Part shown: piece after piece, positions 9,304 through 20,000 of the stretch
Position numbering within the stretch: position 1 is the stretch's first letter
How the letters are laid out: each line of letters opens with the position of its first letter
Origin: Albugo candida
Lineage: Eukaryota
Assembly: GCA_040437565.1 (NCBI GenBank)
Contig: JBDOQK010000031.1
Location: forward strand, 369,046 to 389,045
Direction: 5' to 3'
Length of the DNA stretch: 20,000 nt
The notes under the pieces: model-generated
What the model was told of the DNA's origin: nothing
Databases searched by the model: none
What the model saw: the letters and a program-made list of their open reading frames with translations, nothing else
Made by a program: the position numbers and the translations under genes

Positions 9304-12219
9304 CTACGGTGGTGACAATTCAACTTCTTGTCCGATCTTGCGACTTCGACTTGCCAGAGCTATCGAGCATAAAGATTTATCATAGCATCAACATCCAAAA
9401 TTGTAAACAGCATCTTTACGTACATCGCAATAAAAGCATAGCGTCAGTTGATCTTTCCAAATAGTACGTTGCCTATCGGAATAGAGTTTGTAACATTACA
9501 AGAACTCGTGAATGGTGATCAATACCTTAGTTTTCGAACAGGAACCAATGTGGCAAGTAAATATAGAAGCTCGAGCGGAAAATGCACCAACATGATGATG
9601 CTCTTGTGGTGGTATAGAGTCTTGCTCATATTTCTCTTTGGAATTTTGCTGATTCTGCGAGGCTGGCATCTTTACAATCGAACATGATGTACTTGAAGCG
9701 GAACGCTGGTCTATTCCCATCATACTGTTTGAGAGGATCATCGTACCAGACGCGGTGCGAGAGAGTCGTTCAGGAACAATCACGTTGGTCGAAAAAGTTG
9801 GAGTCAATAAACTGCTTCGACCATTGTCGTCCTTTTTTGACACTACGTCATAAAACTTTCGAAAGTAGGAAAAAACGTCCTCGTCATCGGCTCCAGTTCC
9901 AATACATAGCATGAAATCGAATCGATCGGTTTGCGGTGTATTATTTTCGACTGAAAGTCCCGCCTGTTCCATGCAGCCATCGAGCAAGACACGCTTGGAG
10001 ACCTCTGGCAATCGCACTTCAACACAGTCCCTCCGTTGCAAGACTTCGAGAGGCAGATTACACAACAAGTCTTCCAAATTGAGTTGCAGATCTCGGGCTT
10101 GCATTGGTCCAAAAATTGAATCTGTTCGACCATAATGCCAAGTCAAGGAGCTGTCGGTAGTCTCAACTAAACTACCGGGAGTTCTCTCTGTGAAATACTG
10201 CATGATCGGCTGAACGACTCTTTTCCAAGATGCATCCTCAGTTTCCCCTATCTTTTGCCACTCTTTTTCTTGTGGCAGTCTGTAATAATACCCAGACTCT
10301 GCTGCCATTCCAACTCGTGTATCTCCGAGCCAACTCGTCAAGAAATCTCGACGGTGTGAAGTCATCAATAGAATAGTATTCTTTGGATCTTCATAAAGCG
10401 TTTGTAGAAAGCGTTTCACAGAAGGTTTTGGTGGAGTGTTCATTCTATTTTCTTGTTGTCCGTCACTCGATAATGAGCTATCATAATTGAGAATCAATAA
10501 ACGCCGTGAGCTTGTGTCGTAAGCGTGCACCACGTCCATAAATGGCAGCTTTTTAAGCTTCTTATCTGGTTTTGACAGAGATTGCATACTTTCCAAATCG
10601 CTTAAAAACGTTTTGCCCCATGAACTTGCTGAATGAGTTCTCACATACCGCAAGAGGTTCATTTGGCGATATTCACGTTCCTTTGCCGGCAACTTTAGCG
10701 CTTGATCTAACGCTGTCGCGATATCATGCGTGTTCCATGGATTGACACGGATAGCGCCCGACAGAGATTGCGCACTACCAGCAAATTCACTCAAGACAAG
10801 CACACCTGGGCCCTCTCGGCGTTTCTCGCATTCGCGGACTTGACACATGACGTACTCGTGACTCACAAGATTCATTCCGTCACGAAGAGAGGTCACCAAA
10901 CAGACATCTGCAATGTTGTATAAAGCCACAAGCTCATGTGGTTGCACTGAATGATGAATATAATGAATTGGAGTGTAATCGAGAGTTCCGAACCGTCCAT
11001 TGATACGACCGACCATCTCGTTCACATTTGCCGCAAGGTTTTGATACTCCAAAACGCCAGTTCGTGAAGGTACAGCAACTTGAATCAAAATTACTTTCTC
11101 TCTATGCTCTGGGTACATGCTCAAGAAGCGCTCCATTGAAAGCATACGATGGGGAATTCCTTTTATGTAATCCATACGATCGACCCCAATGATGATTCGT
11201 TTTCCAGCAAACGTCGTACAAAGCTCCTGTATGCGATTTTGCGTACGATCAGCGTTTAGAATGCGCACAAAGTGATCCGGATCGATTCCGATAGGATAGA
11301 CACCGATGGCTGAAAAATGATCGTCGTACTCTATACCCTTGGGTGAGGAATTGGTCTCGGGGATACGCGAACAAGCAGATAAAAAATGACGGGCGTAATC
11401 ATACGTGTGAAAACCTAATAAATCTGCACCCAATAATCCTTCGAGTATTTGTTTCCCCACGGGGAGCATCCGATAAACATCTGACGAGGGAAATGGAGTA
11501 TGTAAGAACCAAGCTATGGTGGCGCTTGGATTGCGCTTGCGTAAGAGGGTTGGAAGCATCATCAAATGATAATCATGAATCCAGATAAAGTCACCTTTAC
11601 GATAAACTTGATTGACAGTTTGAGCAAAACGATTATTGGCATACTTGTATGTTTCCCAAGGCCGAAAATCAAACTTTTTTTCTGCATTTGGTCGAAACAT
11701 GGGTAAAGGAACATAGTGGAATATCGGCCACAATATGTCGTTGCTAAAGTCATTGTAGTAGAGTTCCGCAACTTCTTTCGTCAAAAAGACTGGGATGCAA
11801 TTGAATTCTTTGGCCAATTGATCTCTTACCCGAGCCTGATCTTCTTGCCGTATCTCTTCACCAAGCCATCCGATCCATATAAATGGAACCTCATCACGAA
11901 TTCCATTCAGTGCGGTGACTAATCCACCCGAGCTCATTGAAAATGCATACTCATTTGTTGCTTCGTCACGTTTCACAGATATCGGTAGTCGATTAGATAT
12001 CATGATCAAACGTCGACGCGCGTCTTTTTTCGAAGAGGACGTTGTTTCTTGAGATCCTTCACTTTGACCTCGATTCATTGAAAGCTGGAGTTGGAGCTCC
12101 TGAATGCTTACCATGAGATCTTTCTCATTTTCGGCCGCGCTAAATTCACCATTACTGTCTGTATTTTGATCAGATGAAGTCCGATACTGCGTACTTAGCA
12201 CGTTATGATCGGGAATCAT
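9304..12219 (-). CDS. TPS1: Trehalose-6-phosphate synthase (GT20) fused to a trehalose-phosphatase-like HAD domain; 3 exons, ~932 aa
   Basis: GT20 motifs: ISNRLP, SSGGLV, YYNDFSNDILWPIFHY, WIHDYHLM, FLHTPFPSS, GVDRMDYIKG, SLRDGMNLV, LSEFAG, VNPW. Predicted 3' introns 9525-9473 (53 nt) and 9423-9360 (64 nt) restore the conserved TKATYYL..LLLRSLA end, with stop at 9304-9306. If the last intron is retained, the protein instead stops at ~9416. Confidence 0.93.
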
Positions 12220-13314
12220 TTTTAGATATGGTTGCGTTCCGTTAGTACCACTCGTTTAAAAAGCAAAATTCGAAACCCTTTAAAACCAAGATCCAGTTAC
12301 ATGTCTCATCGGAAAAGACGTCGAGTCAATCCGATTGAACTTGGCGACAAATTCCAAGCTACTTATTTTTGACTGACTGGATATGTACGTTTTGATCTCA
12401 GTGGATCGCGATTGATATGACAAGCATGAACTACAACAGCAAACGCTCACGAGTGTGAGAACACAACGTCTGGGTTCAGCATTTGACGATTGAAGCTCAA
12501 AATTGCATTTAATTGTATGCATGCAAAGCCAGGAGATCAACGATCTCCGTCTTACTTTCACTTTGAGCATTCTAATTTATGCCGCGCCTAGAAAGACCCG
12601 TAGATTAGGTGGTGAAATGAATGAATGGAAAGTGACAGAGCAGTGACTTTACGTATGGCATCATGCTGACCAGAAAAGGTAAATGATATCTAATGATAAC
12701 GGCACTGCTATACTATATTCATGCCCCGAGATTCTTTTGTCATGAAAAACTGGACAGTGAAGGTGGTCAAGTTGAGTTTTGATTGGTGACGTCGTTGTTG
12801 CAAAGTCTTTTCATCTAGCTTTGCTGTGAATTCATGTAATTATTAAACAGCAAGAATTCTACTCTTTCGTATTAGCTTCCAGTCTTAAGAGCTTTTATAA
12901 CTTGCATCACATGAGACTCTTCGTTGATAGCAAAGCTTGTTATCAATTAATGTCGCGTTTCAGCTCGAGCTTACAATGGGTGATGACAAGACCTAAAAAT
13001 TAAAATGGAGACTTTTCGATCTGGATGGAATATCAATGTCTAAGCCATTGAGATCACTTTGACGCTCTTGTTTCTGGTATGCGCAAGAATCACTATTCCA
13101 AAATCAACAAAGATCATGGTCTAGATTCGGTATACATGTAAGCATGTCCATGTAGTAGTCCGTCGCGAACTATAAGAATCCATATTGATGATTTGCATTC
13201 ATAAAAAAACTGGTAAACAAGTGAGCTTACCTTTTTGTAATCAGTAAGTATTCTCATTGTAAGCTACTTGGGACACGTCTGTGATTCTCCCTCAATTTTG
13301 AGAATGGAGCTTTG

Positions 13315-16300
13315 CTAACTCGCGTGAGGACATATAATAGAGGTGCTAAAGGCTGCATACATGAATGGAGCGAGACATAAATAAGACTGGGGTGTTTGGG
13401 GAGGTGGTTGATGATGACCGTGTAGCGGGATGTTTTGACTGGCAGATTGCTCTGTATCGATGTAGTCTGCACAAAGCCGTGAAAGCCGCGTGTTTAGTGC
13501 ATCGATATGTCCAAGGCATTGAACATGGGCTTTAATTTGATAAGTCGCTTGGCGAGTGACTGTAATTCCAATGTTGTTGTCGTCGTGAGAGCTTGTGACC
13601 GAGTCGGTCCGAAAGATGGTGTTGCTCCGTTCCATCCAAAGGATCTTGAGTACCACCCATTGAGCCACGTTGAATACCCGGAGAATGTTGTATATGCCGA
13701 ACTTCTGGCAAGCTTCGGTGCCTAGATCCAAAGAGATCCAATGAACCACTGTAGACCACTGTATCAGTGTCTGCACTGCCGGGCAATGATAGACGCAATT
13801 GATATCCAGCGTACGATAGCGATGTTTGTGATGAAGTCGTAAACCGTTGTGCTGTATTCGGAACTTGAGGTCAGAATAAATGGGTAATATATCATGGTCA
13901 AGATGGCGTTCCCGTTTCCACATCTGCATCCACCTGGTAGGCGCTGTAGCTCCGAGTACTTTGTCTGCAGGAACTGAGATTTTTTGGCAGAACATGCAAA
14001 AGCCGATAGATGTCTGCATTTTGGAGTATGGTGAACCGCTTATCCTTGAAGATCCAGGGTTGAGAGGCAGGCGGCAAGATAATTCCGAAGAAAGGGTCAA
14101 TACGAAAAGGGTTCATGAACAGATCGAGATCGTCAAAGTCTTTTGCGATGACATTTGCGGTCGCCGAGTGATCTCGGTTCCGATGGAAGGCGGTTGAGGG
14201 GAGGATTTTCTTTAGCAATGGATGAGTTCAGTTTTGAACCATGTAAAGCAATGAATTCGGAGAGATGTTGATAACCATGCTGATATAACCATTGGCAGTA
14301 CTGTGGGCTTACTCCAACGGACGTTTGAAAGGACCGAGAAAACTTTTGTAGTGGCGCCAAAGTGTTGCCTGCAAGTCATCGTTGTTGTGCGCGGTAGTGT
14401 TGCTTGGTCCATGCCGTAAGCGATACTACTACTGTAGTGTCAACTATCAAAAGGGTCCCAGCGATTGCCATCGCGGTTGAGGAACGTGTGAAAGGTGGAT
14501 TGGCGAGAAAAGGATTTCCAGTCCAATATCCTTGTCGTGTAGTGATGTAGTAATTGACTGTAGTACTGGAAGAAACCATCCTGGCGGAAAAAGTGTCGCG
14601 CACTCCCGAATTCCATCACATAAGGTGCCGAGATGCGTTGCACGTGAGAAGCTGTTGATACAGAGAAGTCCTAATCCACCTTTTGATGTTGGCCTCGTCA
14701 ACTAATCTTCTGCCATTGGGCCGCGTAAGGCTGTTGTGGATTCGAGAAGTCGCTGAAAAAGGAAGGCTTTGCACAGATTCCAAACCGAGGTCACTATTGC
14801 TGGGGGTTATTGGGGTGACCGCTGCCGGATCCCATAACAGGGAAAGCATAATAGATCACAAACGTAATGCTCGTCCACGAAAAGTACGTGCTCGAAACTT
14901 CCATAGTAGCAGTCTTGAATGAAAGCCTGTAGTATGGACGCAACTCGAAGCGTGCTAGCGTTTTCGGCATGTTGCATGACGCCAAGAAACGAAACTGAAC
15001 TTAAAATTGGAAGAGATGGAAACTCGGTATTTGTGAGAAATCGGTGGACAGTGGAATGAAAACTGAAAACCTGAGTCTTGGCGGTATTGAGTTAAAGTCC
15101 AACAACTTGTGCGCAGTGCTGTAAATGCCGGAGAAGACCAGTGACATCTTCAGCAAAAGCTGAGAGATGATGCTTTTCGGAATCATGTTGATCTGGTATC
15201 CCAATATGACCCGTTGTAGCGCGAAGATATGCCAAGATTGGTTCTAGAAATAGAGCAAACAGGGACGGGGATAGAGGGTCGCCTTGGCGAATTCCACTGC
15301 ATATCTGAAAGAAAGAGCTCGCATGACCATTTACCTTGATCCTGATGATGTTCTCTTTATACACCGTGTCGATCCAAGCACGGAAAGTCGAGCCGAAGCC
15401 AAACTGCCGAACTACGAGATGTGATACTGACTATAGAACACTTGTTGAATCGTAGTGCGCCCGATATGGTAGGTATAAAACTAAGAGTTATATTAAACGA
15501 CGTTTTACTGTCTGCTCATAATCGTACGATCCCTACGACTCTCTTGCGCACGCAGCCAACAGTCGCCTCGCTTATGAGCACTCGTTCTCTCCAGCAGTCA
15601 ATGTAGTCCAACAATCACCGTGTTCCAAGAGTCGCGTCGTTTCAAGGACACTATCAAAAGTTTTCGCATAGTTCAATAGAGTGTTCGGAGGTCTTGGAAT
15701 CGAATGAGGGCGTGTCTGATAGATCGGCCATGGACGAAACCATTTTGATCGGGATGTAAAAGTCTTGGTGGGATGCATTTGAGTCGATGTGCCAGTATAT
15801 TCGGCCCAAGATTCGCGTCATGATTCAATAGTGTGATGGGTCGGTAATTACTTGGCTGGGATCGATCTCTTTCTTGTATAGATGGTTGATGTAAGCACGG
15901 AGTTGGAATTTATCATTCTACCCTTTGAGAGTTGGTGGGGTTGAACGATATTCAATACTTGCGCCCAGTCGAAGGGAAACAGCTGATAGACTACATCGGA
16001 AGTTCATCGTAACCAGGGGCTTTCGAGCGGTGATATGATCGGATTGCCCAGTAAAAATCGTTTGCTGTAAACGGAGAATCCATGTAAGAGCGGTCAATCT
16101 GGGAGAGGGATGTTGTTGTGTTGGAGGAAATCCTGCACCGCCCCAGCATCGTGATTCCGTTTGGTGTGATGATACTCTTTGGATGGGGATTTGAAAAATG
16201 TCCGCCCAATAAGTGTTGTGATCTTAAGCCATTTCCTTAGTGTCCGTTGTAAGTGTTCCCTCCGCACGTAGCGTATACGCCGGAGTATCGGGGTTGGGAG

Positions 16301-17440
16301 ACGAAAGAAGTACTTCGAGGGACGCTCACTATGAGTGATGTCCCTATCAAAGTGATCGCGCGCACTTGATTTGCTTCGGGTTTCTTCCAATTCGTAAGGT
16401 GATCGGAAAGTGTGGTAATCTCCCTAACACGAACTGGGGACGGAGTGTGGAGTCGATTCCTCGCCTCCTCGATTTCCTCGGTACGCTTGGTCGTGATGCG
16501 GCGAAACATGTAACGCAGATAACGTAAGTCATCGCGTTTATGCTCGTCATATATCGCGCCAGGATTATCGAAAGGTCCATTGCGGTGGCGAGACTTGAAC
16601 GCGGAGAGAGAGATTTGGAGGGATTGTTCGATCTCCGTTATCTTGAATAGCCAAGTCGGACACTTCCGAGGAAGTTTGGACTGCTTGGGAAATTCTGGAT
16701 GCTGGAGGCGGAATATGACCGGAAGATGGTCGGCACGTTGATACTTGGTGGCATGATCGTGTCGAATGCTGATGAGGGAATCATGAAACAGCACGGACAA
16801 AGGGAAGCAGTAGTCGATACGATTCCTGCGACCAGGACCCGTGTATTCCTTGCTGGTAGGATGCGTTGTACGCCAAGCATCGATAAGTCCCAAGTGCAAT
16901 GTTCATTGGGGTAATGCCTCGGCATCATTTCCATTATGAGTCGGCTTGCTGGCATCGACGATAGGGTCTAATGGGACGTTAAAGTCCCCCATGATGATAT
17001 GTTGGATGTCGGTAGGAAAGTAGATTGGTAGGGACTTGTAAAACGAGGTACGAGCTAAGAGTTGGGCCGGGGCGTAGAGAACATGGATTCAAACTCGATG
17101 ATGCTGGAGAGAGGTTTCCATAAGCAAGTACCGATCATGGAATCGTTGTGGGATGTGTTTGTCGGTGATGTTGGCCATAAGGTCAAAATGGTGGGAAGAA
17201 GACAGAAGAAGTCCCACTCCATTGTAACCACAGCCGTTTGAGATAGACGTTGGGGACCAATAAGCGTGGGCATGAGTATCCACACTCGAGATAAAGTGAT
17301 CATTCTTGCGGCGGTTGTCGTCAGTACTGAAACGGGTTTCTTGAAGGGCGATTAACTGGTAGCATGAAAGGAGGGTACGATATAGTGTGGGGTGAGAGTT
17401 GTTGAGGCCATTGATATTGATGGAGATCCCATTAAGTGAC
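13315..17440 (-). pseudogene. LINE ORF2 remnant: APE endonuclease + reverse transcriptase + Cys/His-containing C-terminal region
   Basis: Endonuclease: SININGLN, IALQETR, VLYAP, HIIMGDFNVPLDP (~16965-17003), LIDAWR, NRIDY, DHLPV. RT: KAPGYDELP, NYRPITLLNHDAN, DQNGFVHGRSI, LNYAKTFDSV, FGFG, GIRQGDPLSPSLFALFLEP, SAFAED (degenerate F/YADD), GL*LNTAKT. Downstream: GGLGL and a CVYHC-containing segment. Many premature stops and frameshifts. Confidence 0.92.
15420..15650. mobile_element. ~230-bp non-RT insertion inside the LINE RT; TGT...ACA termini, possible solo or truncated LTR
   Basis: RT homology stops at LNYAKTFDS(V) (~15650) and resumes at LVVRQFGFG (15418 downward). The intervening DNA starts TGTGATAC (15420) and can end ..GGACA (15650). 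No TSD is visible. Confidence 0.5.
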
Positions 17441-17449
17441 CAAGGCTGA

Positions 17450-19573
17450 TTAACGGCACGGATCCTGAACAGAGTTCTTTGTTGAAGCGGAGTCGTAGGA
17501 AGAGGAACCCGCTTCTTCCATTGACTCGTTATTGGAAGCAAAACAAGCGAGCACCCCTATTGCTTCGCTGATATGCAGGGGAGCTTTTTCGATAAGAGTA
17601 CTACCAAAGGATGAACTCGCCAATGCCATAAGAGTGAGGTCATCCCAAAGTAAAAGTGGGAGCGCCATATCCTATTCGGATTGGGGCATCCGCTAATGTA
17701 GCGATCTGAAGTGGATTCATGTAAATGGACGCCGCGGAAGATCGAAGGTAAAGGTCGAATAATGCGAGAGCATGGGCCGCAGTTCGAGCATCTTGAGTCT
17801 AGAGAAGTGTTTCGAGTAACGTCGAATGAGGCGGAATATCCGCACCATAACGGGTTTGTAGGCGATCCATTAGAGTGTCGGAGTCCCCAAAAGTATGATC
17901 CGGTGCTGAGCAAATAGCGCGCATGATGGCGTGTTCGGTAATGAGTGCCGTAAGCCGTGGTGAAGGTTTGGTAAGAGCCGGAGAAATGGCGGAAGGTTGT
18001 GCCGCAATGATTGCAAGTCTCTTTTCGGGTTCCGCTTCGTCTACGAAGAGAACCTGATGTGCTTTGATATGCTTCCGAAACCCAGAGAGTCTAGCGACAA
18101 CTTAAGGGCTTTGTAGCATACAATGTTGCACCAACATGCGTGATATCGAATCGGAAGGATAAAGGGGGTTACCCCGAACTGATGTGTTGTCCACGATAAC
18201 GTCACACGTGATAGAGTCCCCTTCATTTTCATCATCCAGAGGATGAAACGCGAGCTGGTATTGGGTTGGGTATACTGGGAAGTTGAATGAGACGTGGTTG
18301 TCGTGGTGTTCTTCCACAATCTCGACAAATTGACTGGTAGTAGGAATGGGTGGTGTCTTACACGCCAGTTGATGGGAAACCGTGATCCAGTCTTCGAACG
18401 GTGCTGAAGTCGAGGGTTTGACGAAAGTCACTCGAGGTTCCTGTTGAGCTTGTTTCTGAGAAGATTCCAAAGACGCTACTTGAGTTGCAGAGGCAGTGTC
18501 CAAGTCGTAGTGCGTAGACTGGGGCTTTGAGGATGCTTGCTTGACCACAAGTGAGGGTGATGTGACTTTGTTGAGTGCACGGTGTTTGATGAACGAAAGC
18601 GGGGTGTTCATGACCGGGAAAGAAGATTTCGCGAAGAGGTTGATTGGTACTGTAAAAAAGGGCTTTGGGCGGTTGTTTGGAACGAAACCATATAGTACGG
18701 TAACGGGATTGAAGGGGTCCTTGGTGTACGTATGGTGCAATACCGAATTGCACGTTGAAAGTCTTGAAGTAGTCGAAAATGTCAAGGTCACCAACACCAA
18801 TGAAGACGTTGCGAAGGTCGACATAGTACCATTCACATATTGACGGTATGGTTGAATTTGAAGCTGCTTGCCCAAGCAGCGGATAGTGGAACCACCAAGT
18901 TTGATGGCAATGTCCCGATCATTGCAGTGAAACTTGATACCGCGACCCCGTACACATAAGAAGTCGCAAACGTGAGGAAGCGAAGCAGTCCAAATCTCGG
19001 CTTTGTTCTCCCGATGCTGTGAAGCTAGAACATCTTCTAAGCTGAATATTGTTGTGAGTTTTGGGACGGGGTAAAAAGCTCGACCTTTAGGCTGGGGTCA
19101 ACCCATGATTTGGCCACTTCGCGTAAGGCGAGGGCTTTAATGGTGTCTTCGGAAGCATTGGAGTCGTATGCTTCACTAAGTGCTTGGAAAAAGGATGAAT
19201 CGCTGGGAATATAACGCTCACATTGGGGGTTGTCCTCACGGTATTTGTCGCGGATCATACGATCCGATTGTTTGACCGGTAATGTCTTGGCCGTTTTTGG
19301 TGACATATTGGGCCCGAAGGTCGGCAGTAGGGACTTCTGATCCAAACAAGACGCTAAAGGTGCGAACTGAAAGGCTGGTAGAGTTGGTTTGTACTGTTCT
19401 TCCTGAGTAGGAAAGGACGGAAAAGGCTGATGTCGACTTCTACCGAAGAAGGAAAGACGGGTAAAGACGGACTTCGAATTCTTCGCTAGGAAGGAAAGGC
19501 TGAGTCGAGCTTCTACCGGAGAAGGAAAGGCCGGAAGTAATGTTCTTCGAAGCTGGTCCACGGAAAGATCCAA
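17450..19573 (-). pseudogene. LINE ORF1 (gag-like) remnant
   Basis: Frame-shifted fragments directly upstream of the endonuclease: ..GIKFHC..KLGGSTIRCLGKQLQIQPY, WYYVDL..DIFDYF, SRYRTIWF..PLREIFF, KHRALNKVTSPSL, LLLWDDLTL. Position and recalled motifs resemble oomycete L1 ORF1 proteins. The true start is uncertain. Confidence 0.65.
19405..19550 (+). repeat. Imperfect tandem duplication (~73-bp period) in the 5' part of LINE ORF1
   Basis: AAAGGCTGATGTCGACTTCTACCGAAGAAGGAAAGACGG (~19423-19460) vs AAAGGCTGAGTCGAGCTTCTACCGGAGAAGGAAAGGCCGG (~19495-19534). Confidence 0.6.
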
Positions 19574-20000
19574 GGAAAAAACCGACGATAAATACCAGTG
19601 TTGAGAACGTTGGTAACGGAAAGACGAAGTTGATATTGAGTTGGCAGGGAAGGGTTGGGTGAAGGTTGGAACTGGTAGCTGGAAAGCTGATAAGACACGC
19701 GAATTTTGCGTGAATGCTGGTTGCTGATTGGCTCTTGGATGTACGGTGTGAATGTCACTTGCGTACTAGAGAGCAAATAAAGAAGTGGAGGGCAAGTCTG
19801 GTTTGTTAAATCTCATTACACTGTTTAATCTAACTAAGGTGTAACAAATAAGGTTGGGAAGTGCATACCTCCAGCATACAAGTATGTTGGAGCTTTTACT
19901 GTCGCATATAGTTGTCTCTTATGACAAAAGGAAAACAGTAGAGTGGTCCACATAGTCAATCCAAGTTTGATGATCTCAAAGTTGATGAGACGAAGTGGTA

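Larger units (their letters stand above)
13260..19800 (-). mobile_element. Degenerate L1/Tx1-clade non-LTR retrotransposon (LINE), near full length (~6.5 kb); ends approximate
   Basis: On the minus strand, ORF1 remnants are followed by APE endonuclease, RT and a C-terminal region, all broken by stops and frameshifts. No clear poly(A) tail or TSD was found, so both ends are uncertain by about 100 nt. Confidence 0.9.

Noticed and set aside
12241-12570. Possible upstream TPS exon: ATG at 12570, GTAAGA donor, TACTAAC at 12247-12241; also a 96-aa ORF
   Set aside because: The nearest AG is ~45 nt from the putative branch point and the intron would be far longer than all others here. The ATG at 12219 is sufficient.
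12924-12946. Short hairpin TTGATAGCAA-AGC-TTGTTATCAA
   Set aside because: Single AT-rich imperfect palindrome with no supporting context.
12968-13265. 11-bp inverted repeat AGCTTACAATG (12968-12978) / CATTGTAAGCT (13255-13265) as possible MITE ends
   Set aside because: The match does not extend, there is no TSD, and one such match is plausible by chance in 20 kb.
13500-18850. Many short plus-strand ORFs within the LINE
   Set aside because: Antisense to the ORF1/ORF2 remnants; no independent motifs.
13252-19817. TCTCATT near both LINE ends as a candidate TSD; a short A5 run near 13232-13236 as a poly(A) remnant
   Set aside because: Only 7 bp and 5 bp respectively, and the element ends are undefined, so neither is distinguishable from chance.
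1-20000. CRISPR arrays, tRNA/rRNA genes, prokaryotic operons or defence systems, RXLR/CRN-type effectors
   Set aside because: No spaced repeat arrays, cloverleafs or signal-peptide-plus-effector motifs were seen. The spliced genes show the DNA is eukaryotic, and the RT belongs to a LINE rather than a retron or DGR.

Overview
Eukaryotic genomic DNA, most likely an oomycete. The dense gene packing, 49-64 nt GT-AG introns, a flagellar gene and an L1-type LINE fit an Albugo-like organism; this taxon call is inference. Positions 1-12,219 hold five tightly packed genes: (1) the 3' part of eIF3a (+); (2) a 10-exon, ~1064-aa DDHD-family phospholipase A1 with a PAH-like N-terminal module and a C-terminal PH-PH-PX tail (-), which the ORF track fragments and which is crossed by a 100-N gap flanked by a 133-bp near-exact duplication; (3) NADH-cytochrome b5 reductase (+); (4) a CCDC151/ODAD3-like outer-dynein-arm docking protein (-); (5) a TPS-TPP fusion trehalose-6-phosphate synthase whose phosphatase motifs look dead (-). 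Positions ~13.3-19.8 kb are a near-full-length but decayed L1/Tx1-clade non-LTR retrotransposon (-), with a ~230-bp foreign insertion in its RT domain. The most interesting item is the domain architecture of the DDHD lipase. All exon models were built by eye from splice signals, phase continuity and remembered family motifs; no searches were run.
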